The notes under the pieces were generated by a model. The model was not told the DNA's origin and did not search any database. It saw only the letters and a list, made by a program, of their open reading frames with translations. 64,000 nucleotides of DNA from Chloroflexota bacterium (GTDB lineage Bacteria; Chloroflexota; Dehalococcoidia; Lucifugimonadales; UBA3495): positions 32,001-96,000 of the forward strand of contig JAQBVF010000004.1 in the NCBI GenBank assembly GCA_027623675.1, written 5' to 3'. Numbering within the stretch: the first letter of the stretch is position 1; every line of letters begins with the position of its first letter. Shown here one piece after another: positions 56,030-64,000 of the stretch. The translations under genes and the position numbers were made by a program.

Positions 56030-58684
56030 ATGGTAACCATCTCGTTTGACAAACATACACTGTCCAACGGCCTGGACGTGATCCTCCACGAAGACCACAC
56101 GATTCCACTGATAGCGGTTAATGTTTGGTATCACGTGGGCTCAAAAGACGAAGAGGTTGGCCGCACGGGATTCGCCCACCTATTTGAGCATGTGATGTTC
56201 GAGGGCTCCAAGAACCACAACAGCAGCCACTTCGATCCACTGCAAAAAGCTGGCGCCAACCTGAACGGGTCCACCACGCCAGACCGCACCAACTACTGGG
56301 AGGATGTGCCCACCAATTATCTGGACCTGGCCCTCTGGCTGGAATCAGACCGCATGGGATTTCTGTTGGATGCCCTGGACCAGCAGCGCTTGGACATCCA
56401 ACGCGACGTGGTCAAGAACGAACGCCGCCAGTCCTACGAGAACCGGCCCTATGGTATGGCCCATGGCACGTTGCAAGAAGCCCTATACCCGAAACCCCAC
56501 CCCTATAACTGGATGACCATTGGGTCTCAGGAAGACCTGGACGCGGCAACCCTGGACGATATCAAGAACTTCTTCAAGCGGTTCTATTCTCCGACCAACG
56601 CCAGCCTGGCCATTGCCGGGGATATCGACCCCGGCCAGGTGTTGGAACTGGTCAACCACTACTTCGGCGACCTTCCTCCGGGCGAATCGGTGCCCCGCCG
56701 GGGACGCCATGACTCGTCCTTAAATGGCCGCATCGAATTGGAGATGCGGGACAAAGTCACCCTGCCCAGGTCATACGTCGCCTGGCCGACCCCTCCCGAA
56801 GGCGACCCCGATGACGCCGCATTGGATGTCTACCAGGCAATCATGTCCGACGGGTTGACCTCCCGCCTGCACCGGTCGTTGGTCTATGAGAAACAGATCG
56901 CCCAGAGCGCGTTCGTTCGGTATCATTCCTCCGAGATCGCCGGTCAGTGCGTCCTCCAACTCACTGCTGCCGAAGGCCATGAATTAGCTGAGGTGGAAGC
57001 AGCCGCCGACGCCGAGATGGCCCGCCTGCTCCGCGAACCGCCCACCGATGAAGAGATAACCAGAGTCAAGAACCGGATCGAAGCCAGCCATTTTCGACAG
57101 CTAGCCCGCATCGGCGGCTTCGGCGGAATCGCCGACCAACTGAACCATTTCAGTGTCATGTTCAACAACCCCGACCTGATCAACACCAGTCTGGACAAGT
57201 ACATGGCGGTGACCCGCGAAGACGTCATCCGAGTAGCCCAGACCCACTTGGGCGACAACCAGGTGCGCCTGCGCGTTCTGCCCGAGCCGACCCTGTCATC
57301 GTCTGCATCCACTGTTGACCGGACCATCATGCCTTCGCCCAAGAGCGAGCCGGTCTTCACGCCGCCGACGCCGACGCGAACCAGGCTTTCCAATGGCATG
57401 GGCATCTCGGTGGTCGAACAGCGCGGCCTGCCGATCGTGGCCTTTGGTTTGCTGATGGACGCAGGGGCATCCAGAGATCCCGAAAAACTACCCGGACTCG
57501 CCGGGTTCACCGCCCAGATGCTGCCCGAGGGCACCAAAGCCAAGTCCAGCATGGAGATTGCCCAAGCCTTTGAGTTCATCGGGTCCCGGCTGTCAACCGA
57601 CGGACGCCGGGAGTACACCCTGCTCTCAGCCGAGACCCTAACCAAGCACTGGCCCACGGCCCTGGAACTGACCGCCGACCTGGCGCTCAACCCCAGCTTT
57701 CCTGACCACGAGATTGAGCGGGTCCGCCGCGAGCATCTGACTGATCTCCGGCGGGGCAAAGACGAGCCTAACGCCGTTGCCGAGCAGTTGATGGCAAGCC
57801 TGGTCTTCAAACGTGGTTCGGGCTATGGCCACCCGCTGGCGGGGACCGAAACATCCATCGGCACACTGACCCGCGATGACCTGGTCCACCAGTTCACCCG
57901 CGACTACAGGCCGGACTCCGCCAACCTGATCGTGGTGGGTGACATCACCGTCGACGAGGTGGTGAAACGCGCGGAGGCTGTGTTCGGCGGCTGGAAGAGC
58001 GGCAACGCCTCGGCCAATGGACGCACGGCCGCTGAGCCGCTCAACGGCGCCGCCACCCTCTATCTGGTTGACCGGCCCGGAGCGCCCCAATCGGTGATCC
58101 GCACTCTTCACACCACCATTCCGCGGAGCCACCCGGACTACCTGGGGCTAACCCTGATGAACTACGCCTTCGGCGGGCAATTCTCCGCCCGGCTGAACCA
58201 GAACCTACGGCAGGACAAGGGCTACAGCTACGGTTATCAGTCCAACATCCAGTGGTTCCGTGGTCCGTCCCTGATGCTGGCCGGTGGTTCGGTGCAGACG
58301 GAGGTCACCAAGGAATCGGTCTTTGAAACGCTGAAGGAGTTCAACGAGGTCCGCGGCTCCCGGCCCATCACCCAGGAGGAGTTGGATAACTCCAAGGCTG
58401 GGATATTGAGGAGCTTCCCGGCCAACTTCGAGCGCCCCGGGGCCGTCATGGGCCAGATCTTGCAGATGGTCCAGTTTGACCTTCCCGATGACTACCTGCA
58501 AAACGTCAGGGGCAATATGGAGGCCATCACCCTGGACGAGGTGCACCGCATCACCCAGGAGTTGGTCCGGCCCGACGAGCTAAAGATACTGGTGGTGGGG
58601 GACAGGCAGCAGATCGAGACCGGACTTCGGGAATTGGACCTACCCACCGTGATCCTGGACGTGGACGGTGTCGAGACGACCTGA
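56030..58684 (+). CDS. M16 family zinc peptidase (pitrilysin/PqqL-like, fused halves)
   Basis: LSNGL, GFAHLFEH (HxxEH), TNY, ESDRM, VVKNERRQ, SARLNQNLRQDKGYSYG. Confidence 0.94.
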   Translation: MVTISFDKHTLSNGLDVILHEDHTIPLIAVNVWYHVGSKDEEVGRTGFAHLFEHVMFEGSKNHNSSHFDPLQKAGANLNGSTTPDRTNYWEDVPTNYLDLALWLESDRMGFLLDALDQQRLDIQRDVVKNERRQSYENRPYGMAHGTLQEALYPKPHPYNWMTIGSQEDLDAATLDDIKNFFKRFYSPTNASLAIAGDIDPGQVLELVNHYFGDLPPGESVPRRGRHDSSLNGRIELEMRDKVTLPRSYVAWPTPPEGDPDDAALDVYQAIMSDGLTSRLHRSLVYEKQIAQSAFVRYHSSEIAGQCVLQLTAAEGHELAEVEAAADAEMARLLREPPTDEEITRVKNRIEASHFRQLARIGGFGGIADQLNHFSVMFNNPDLINTSLDKYMAVTREDVIRVAQTHLGDNQVRLRVLPEPTLSSSASTVDRTIMPSPKSEPVFTPPTPTRTRLSNGMGISVVEQRGLPIVAFGLLMDAGASRDPEKLPGLAGFTAQMLPEGTKAKSSMEIAQAFEFIGSRLSTDGRREYTLLSAETLTKHWPTALELTADLALNPSFPDHEIERVRREHLTDLRRGKDEPNAVAEQLMASLVFKRGSGYGHPLAGTETSIGTLTRDDLVHQFTRDYRPDSANLIVVGDITVDEVVKRAEAVFGGWKSGNASANGRTAAEPLNGAATLYLVDRPGAPQSVIRTLHTTIPRSHPDYLGLTLMNYAFGGQFSARLNQNLRQDKGYSYGYQSNIQWFRGPSLMLAGGSVQTEVTKESVFETLKEFNEVRGSRPITQEELDNSKAGILRSFPANFERPGAVMGQILQMVQFDLPDDYLQNVRGNMEAITLDEVHRITQELVRPDELKILVVGDRQQIETGLRELDLPTVILDVDGVETT

Positions 58685-58699
58685 TCCCCTGGACCATGC

Positions 58700-58738
58700 A
58701 AACAAAAAGGCCCGCCGTTGTGGCGGGCCTTTTTGTTT
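58700..58738. terminator. Bidirectional intrinsic terminator
   Basis: AAACAAAAAGGCCCGCC-GTTGT-GGCGGGCCTTTTTGTTT. Confidence 0.9.
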
Positions 58739-58766
58739 CAAGACCTGGTTTGCTCAAGACCGGGTT

Positions 58767-59939
58767 CTACCGCTGGGGCCGCTCTCCCAGGGTCAAGGTC
58801 AAGGTCTTACGGGTGCCCGTTCCGTTGGCCGTTCTGAAAACCTCTACCTCCAGTTCCTGACCGGCGCTGAATTCGGTCTTCAACAAGCGGGTCAGGTCGG
58901 ACACCGTTGCCACGTCAAACCCTCCGATGTTCACCACTATGTCGCCTGGTTGGATTCCGGCTTTGTCCGAGGGGCCGTCAATCACCGTGGTCTGGATAAT
59001 CACGCCTTGGCGGATGGGCAGCCCAACCTCCGCCGCGATCTCGGGCACCAGGTCGGCCAGGAAAACCCCCATCCACGCCCACCGGACATGCCCCAACTCG
59101 ATGAGCTGCTCCGAGACTTGGAGCGCGGTCCCGATATCGATGGCGAAGCCGATGCCTTCAACCACCACGCTCCCGCCACCCTGTCCCGTTCCCCGCAGCA
59201 CGGCGGTGTTGATCCCCACCAGGTTCCCGCCTAGGTCGATCAAAGGCCCGCCGCTGTTGCCAGGGTTGATGGAGGTGTCCGTCTGGATAAGATCGTAGAG
59301 GGTCACGCCCGGGGACGATTCGATCGACCTGCCCAAGGCCGAAACAACGCCAACCGTGACGGTGGGTCCACCTGGCAAGGCCAGGGCGTTTCCGATGGCT
59401 ATAACCCAGTCGCCGGCGCGCAGGCCGCCGTTCTCTCGCACAGGCATCGCGGGATATTTGTCTCCCGGCAAACGCAGGACAGCCAGGTCCGACAAGCGGT
59501 CGGCGCCCACGATCTCTGCCACCTCTTGGCTGCCGTCGTCCATGGTTACGGTGATCTTCACGGCATCTTCGATCACATGGTTGTTCGTCAACACCAAGCC
59601 CGACTCGTCAAAGATGACGCCGGTCCCGCTGCCGAAGCCTTTTTGCTGCCGCCCGAACCGGTCCTGGGTCACGATCTCGGCAACAACTGAGACCACCGAC
59701 GGCCTGACCCGCTCCACCGTATCGGCTATGTTGGGCAACCGCAGCGAGTCCATCTCGGCTGTTGTGCCTGAGACCGGCGCCGTTGTTGCCGCGGTTGAGC
59801 CAACCGGCGTTGCATTTGCGTCGGCATCGCCGCCGGCGCAGGCAACCACGGTCAATACAGCCAGCATCGCCAAAGCGAGGAACGCCCGGCCCGGCTTCAG
59901 CATCATTGACCTGATCGTGTAACTAAGACCACTCATCAA
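58767..59939 (-). CDS. htrA: HtrA/DegP-like trypsin serine protease with PDZ domain (lipoprotein)
   Basis: TNNHV, SDLAV, QTDTSINPGNSGGPL, GIGFAI; lipobox VVAC; start uncertain. Confidence 0.92.
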   Translation of the reverse strand: MMSGLSYTIRSMMLKPGRAFLALAMLAVLTVVACAGGDADANATPVGSTAATTAPVSGTTAEMDSLRLPNIADTVERVRPSVVSVVAEIVTQDRFGRQQKGFGSGTGVIFDESGLVLTNNHVIEDAVKITVTMDDGSQEVAEIVGADRLSDLAVLRLPGDKYPAMPVRENGGLRAGDWVIAIGNALALPGGPTVTVGVVSALGRSIESSPGVTLYDLIQTDTSINPGNSGGPLIDLGGNLVGINTAVLRGTGQGGGSVVVEGIGFAIDIGTALQVSEQLIELGHVRWAWMGVFLADLVPEIAAEVGLPIRQGVIIQTTVIDGPSDKAGIQPGDIVVNIGGFDVATVSDLTRLLKTEFSAGQELEVEVFRTANGTGTRKTLTLTLGERPQR

Positions 59940-59960
59940 AATTCCCTTAAGTCCAAATCC

Positions 59961-60692
59961 CTAAAACCCCTTGGCCGCCTCGCGCTGGATCCGAAATAGG
60001 GGTTCCATACCCCGCGACGCCAAAGACAGCACCTCTTCCACTTTGTGGCGCGGGAACGGCTGGGCCTCCGTGGCCCCCTGAATCTCAACCAGTCCTCCCC
60101 GAGAGGTGAGCACCACGTTGAAATCCACGTCGGCGGCGAAGTCTTCTTCATAGCAAAGGTCGAGCAGCAGTTGACCGTCCAGAATACCCACGCTGATCGC
60201 CGCCACGGGACACAGGAGCGGCAATCTGGTCAACACCCGGTTCTTGACCAGCATTGCCAACGCCTGGTGCAGGGCCACGTAGGCCCCGGTGATGGCGGCG
60301 GTCCTGGTGCCGGCGTCAGCTTGGATCACGTCGCAGTCGATCTGCACGGTGCGCTCGCCCAGTGCGTTAAGGTCGGTGACCGCTCGCAGGGAACGCCCGA
60401 TGAGCCGCTGAATCTCTTGCGAACGCCCGCTGGGTTTGCCGTCGTCCCGTTCGCGAGACGTCCGGGTGTTGGTGGACCGGGGGAGCATGGAGTACTCCGC
60501 CGTAACCCAGCCCTTGCCCTGGCCCCGCAGGAATCCGGGAACGCGCTCTTCCAGCGACGCCGCGCAGAGCACCTTGGTGGCGCCCATCTCGATCAATGCC
60601 GAACCCTCGGCGTATTTCTGATAACCGGGCGTGATGATCGTGGGGCGGTGTTCGTCCCAGGCGCGTCCGTCCGGTCTGGAATGATTAGCCAA
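59961..60692 (-). CDS. rph: Ribonuclease PH
   Basis: RPDGR, AEGS, GWVTAEYSMLP, GRSQEIQRLIGRSLRA, DCDVIQAD.GTRTAAITG, DLCYEED; TTG start estimated. Confidence 0.96.
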   Translation of the reverse strand: MANHSRPDGRAWDEHRPTIITPGYQKYAEGSALIEMGATKVLCAASLEERVPGFLRGQGKGWVTAEYSMLPRSTNTRTSRERDDGKPSGRSQEIQRLIGRSLRAVTDLNALGERTVQIDCDVIQADAGTRTAAITGAYVALHQALAMLVKNRVLTRLPLLCPVAAISVGILDGQLLLDLCYEEDFAADVDFNVVLTSRGGLVEIQGATEAQPFPRHKVEEVLSLASRGMEPLFRIQREAAKGF

Positions 60693-60829
60693 TCGTCGAC
60701 AAAACCTCTCGCGTGATTCTAGACACGGCCATATTACGGCCATCTTTTGCTTATCTTGGTGAAGGCCCTAGGGGAGTCTAGTAGTCAAAAACCAAGTATA
60801 CATCAGCACTTGTTCATCAAACTCAAAGC

Positions 60830-63247
60830 TCACCGTTCCGTGTTCACCCATAATTCCGCGCCGTCGGTCACAAACTCCACATCGCCCATCAGGTCGGTGC
60901 GGTAGACGTTTTGGGCGCCGGTCTGCTTCTCAAGCCGCTCCATCACCGCAGGGCTGGGGTGGCCGTAGGAGTTGTCTCCGCCCACCGACACCAATACCGC
61001 CGTGGGATTGACTCCGCTGATGAACCCGGCGGTGGAGGATGTATTGCTGCCGTGGTGGGCGGCTTTCAGGACCGTGCTCTCTAGGCCAGCGTCTCCCGAC
61101 ACCAACACTGATTCCGTCTCCGCTTCGATGTCCGCCGTCAGCAGAAAGCTGATTGAACCGTAGGTAACCCTCAGCACCACGGAGCCGTTATTGCCGGAAT
61201 CACTGAACGATGGGCCGGGGCCGGGATGCAATACCTCCACCGTGACGCCCGAGCCCAGGTCTACCTGATAGCCTCGGCTGACCGGCACGACCTTCACCTG
61301 GTTGCGCTCTACTCCAGCCTGCCACTGGGCGTACATGGCTGGGCCAGGTGATGCCACTCCGGTCAGCGCCGCACCCACCTCGTAATCGTCGAGCACCTTG
61401 ATCAGACCCCGGCTGTGGTCCGCGTCCAGGTGGGTCATCACCACCAGGTCCAGACTGCGGTCGTTGCTGGGCATCACGTCGCTCAGGGCACTTAGGGCGC
61501 TATCCGTCGCCGGGCCTCCGTCGACCAGCACCTGGCGTCCTTCAGGGGTGACTATCAACGTGCTGTCGCCTTGGCCTACGTCCAGGAAATATACGTGCAG
61601 GTTTCCGTCGCCGCTGGACCCGACCTGCCACCAGATCATCGCGGCTCCCACGGCCACCACCACGGCGCTGAACATGACCGGCATGGCCCCGATTAAGCTG
61701 GCGCTGGTTTGCCGAGACCTCGACTGGGCTTTCCACTGGCCGAGACGCTCCCACAATAACCTGGTGCGCCGTGGGCTCATCAGAAGCAAAAGTCCAGCCA
61801 ACGCTGAATACCAGACGATCACCAGCCAGCCGCCGGCCCATCCGGTCTGCACGGTCGAGCCGGGAGCCGCTTCGACCAACCCGATGAGATAGCTGATGGG
61901 CGCCCAGGCCAGCCAGCCGGCCCATTGGCCCAGGACCACGCTGAACATCCCAAGCACCGCCGCCACCAGCGTGCCAACCATGATGAACGGCATGGCCGGG
62001 AGCGCCAGCACAGTGACGATCACCCCAAGCAGGGCCACCTCCTGGAAATTGAACGCCACCAGCGGCCAGGTTGCCAACGCCGCGGCTAAAGAGATCATCA
62101 GGGCTAAGCCGATGGGGCGGAGCGGTTTTAACACCCATGGCTGGTTCGGGGTCTCCGGCCTTGGCCATTCGGGTATAACCGTCTGCGCCAGCGAGATTCC
62201 ACCCACGGCTGCGAAGCTAAGCTGGAAGGACACCCGCTGCACGATCTCCGGTGAGATGGCGCTCATCGCCGCCGCGCTGAACGCCAATGCCGGCAGGATG
62301 CTGCCCGGACGCCCCAATGCCATCGCCGCCAGATAAACGCTGCCCATGATTGCCGCCCGCACCACCGAGGGCGGCAATCCCGATACCAATGCGTAAGCCC
62401 AAACGGCGATGAACGGCACGATCAGAAAATATTGGCCGCGCCGTCCAAATAACCAGGACGCGGCGGCAACGAACATGACCACCAGAACGCCGACATGCAG
62501 TCCCGATATTGCCAGCAGATGGGACGTGCCGGTGCTGCGGAAGTCCTGGACCAACTCGGGCGGCAGACGGCTCCGCTGGCCCAGGAGCATCGCCTGTCCC
62601 AGGGCCGACTGGGGATAGGGCAAAACGTCTTCGATGCTTTCTGACAACCGGCCACGCAGCGAATAGGGCCATGCCCGCCAACCGCCGTCCTCTCCTGTCA
62701 CCACTGCTGAATCGGCAAAAACGATGCCGCTTATGCCCTGGTTAGCCAGGTACGCCGGATAGTCGAAACCGCCAAATGGCTTGGGCTGGTCCAGCCGCCC
62801 GGAAACGGAAACCAGGTCGCCGTAGTCGAAGTAGGGTGGCGGTCTACTTGAAACGAGGTCATCGGGAGGATCGGCCCACACCAGCACCTTGCTCTCGGCC
62901 GGCACCGGTCCGTCTCCCAGGTCCGCCGCCCGCACGTCCAGCGTGAATCCGACTCTGGCGCCGGATAGCTCCGGGTCGCTGACGATGCGCCCTTTCAGAG
63001 ACACGCTGGCCGTTCCCTGAGCGGTCAATCCCGGCAACGGGCCTGAAACGGAGTCGGCCCGCCACACGCCCACCAACAAAATCGCCGCCAAAATCGCGGG
63101 AAAGGACGAAAGGCCGCGGAGGCGCAGGGCCAGGCCCATGCAGACAGAACCGCCAAGGAGCAGCAGCAAGGGTGTAAGCGGGGCACTGGTTTCCAGTCCA
63201 ACCAGGACGCCAAGCAGCCATGCCGCTGCCATGAAAGCCAGCTTCAT
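60830..63247 (-). CDS. comEC: DNA internalization competence protein ComEC/Rec2
   Basis: HLLAISGLHV, PSVVRA.IM, SFQLSF.A, DVGQGD, THLDADH, LLTAD, AHHGS, YGHP. Confidence 0.96.
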   Translation of the reverse strand: MKLAFMAAAWLLGVLVGLETSAPLTPLLLLLGGSVCMGLALRLRGLSSFPAILAAILLVGVWRADSVSGPLPGLTAQGTASVSLKGRIVSDPELSGARVGFTLDVRAADLGDGPVPAESKVLVWADPPDDLVSSRPPPYFDYGDLVSVSGRLDQPKPFGGFDYPAYLANQGISGIVFADSAVVTGEDGGWRAWPYSLRGRLSESIEDVLPYPQSALGQAMLLGQRSRLPPELVQDFRSTGTSHLLAISGLHVGVLVVMFVAAASWLFGRRGQYFLIVPFIAVWAYALVSGLPPSVVRAAIMGSVYLAAMALGRPGSILPALAFSAAAMSAISPEIVQRVSFQLSFAAVGGISLAQTVIPEWPRPETPNQPWVLKPLRPIGLALMISLAAALATWPLVAFNFQEVALLGVIVTVLALPAMPFIMVGTLVAAVLGMFSVVLGQWAGWLAWAPISYLIGLVEAAPGSTVQTGWAGGWLVIVWYSALAGLLLLMSPRRTRLLWERLGQWKAQSRSRQTSASLIGAMPVMFSAVVVAVGAAMIWWQVGSSGDGNLHVYFLDVGQGDSTLIVTPEGRQVLVDGGPATDSALSALSDVMPSNDRSLDLVVMTHLDADHSRGLIKVLDDYEVGAALTGVASPGPAMYAQWQAGVERNQVKVVPVSRGYQVDLGSGVTVEVLHPGPGPSFSDSGNNGSVVLRVTYGSISFLLTADIEAETESVLVSGDAGLESTVLKAAHHGSNTSSTAGFISGVNPTAVLVSVGGDNSYGHPSPAVMERLEKQTGAQNVYRTDLMGDVEFVTDGAELWVNTER

Positions 63248-63302
63248 GGGCGTTGAAGATGCGAGTGGATTGAGGCTGCTGCGCCAACCGGTCGGACGGC
63301 GC

Positions 63303-63932
63303 TCACCGAAGGCCTGACACCGTGACCAAGTCCCGGATGTTCTGGTAGGTCACCGGGCCGATCTTGGGAACTTCCTGGACCTCGGCGACGGACTGAAAAG
63401 GGCGGATATTCTCCCTGTAGGAAATTATGGCCGCCGCCAACGCCGGTCCGATGCCCGGGAGGGTGTCCAGCAGGGCGGCGGACGCCAGGTTCAGGTCGAT
63501 CAGGCCGCCGGTCTGACCCTGCGTTTGGGCCGGCGGCAGGTTGGCGATGGGAGGAGGGGCTTCACCGATCTTGGCGATGTAATATTCGGTCTGGTCTACC
63601 ACCCGCAGCGCCAGATTGATGCCGTCCAGATTGGCGTCTTCGGCGGGGCCGCCTGCCGCAGTCAGGGCGTCGGCGATCCGGCTGTCGGGTGGAAGGGTGT
63701 AGACCCCGGGCCGTACCACGGCCCCGTTCACGTACACCCTGACATCAGTAAGCGGAGGCGCACTGGGGGGGAACGGAGCGGCCTGGCCGCTGGCGCCAGA
63801 CTGTGGCGCGATTACCCGGACCGGCGCATTGTCGTCTTGGCGGGCCAGCAAGACCACCGCGCCCAACACCGCGGCCACGGCAGCGGCCACCAACAACATG
63901 AAAGCGATGTTCCGGGCGGTGAGCTCCGGCAT
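63303..63932 (-). CDS. comEA: ComEA DNA-binding protein (SLBB + helix-hairpin-helix)
   Basis: V.GAV.RPGVY.L....R..DA...AGG, INLA, IDLN.A....L.TLPGIGP, IGP. Confidence 0.95.
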   Translation of the reverse strand: MPELTARNIAFMLLVAAAVAAVLGAVVLLARQDDNAPVRVIAPQSGASGQAAPFPPSAPPLTDVRVYVNGAVVRPGVYTLPPDSRIADALTAAGGPAEDANLDGINLALRVVDQTEYYIAKIGEAPPPIANLPPAQTQGQTGGLIDLNLASAALLDTLPGIGPALAAAIISYRENIRPFQSVAEVQEVPKIGPVTYQNIRDLVTVSGLR

Positions 63933-64000
63933 GCCCTTCCCCAGCCTGTATCTCGCGTTTGGCGTCTAGCGGGCCTGGAAGCGTCGCAGTCTCGGGGCTC

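Overview
High-GC bacterial chromosome segment. Gene content suggests Chloroflexota, probably Dehalococcoidia/SAR202-like; this is inference only. Most of it is housekeeping or catabolic: moeA, infC-rpmI-rplT, queF-queD-queC-queE, a corrinoid salvage cluster (cbiA, cobO, cobT, cobS, cbiB, cobD), rph, htrA, comEA/comEC and many hydrolases/oxidoreductases. Two hidden themes stand out. (1) An HK97-type phage head kit (terminase + portal at 16.8-19.7 kb; prohead protease + major capsid at 38.0-40.0 kb) is split into two mini-operons about 18 kb apart among host genes. No integrase, tail, lysis or replication genes are in the window, and both operons have a sigma70-like promoter followed by a sequence-related terminator hairpin. 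It is a candidate domesticated, gene-transfer-agent-like system under antitermination control, though the capsid C-terminus looks truncated. (2) At least three genes the ORF track shows as broken are probably selenoproteins with in-frame UGA at a conserved Cys position plus a SECIS-like hairpin: OsmC-like, BtuF-like (CxxU) and GrdB/PrdB-like (UxxC). An unannotated 51-aa Cys-rich microprotein may be a fourth. Also seen: non-canonical starts (infC ATA, cobS CTG), a DUF433/PIN toxin-antitoxin pair inside the cob operon, and an orphan primase-type winged-helix fusion. All family calls come from motif recognition, not database searches.
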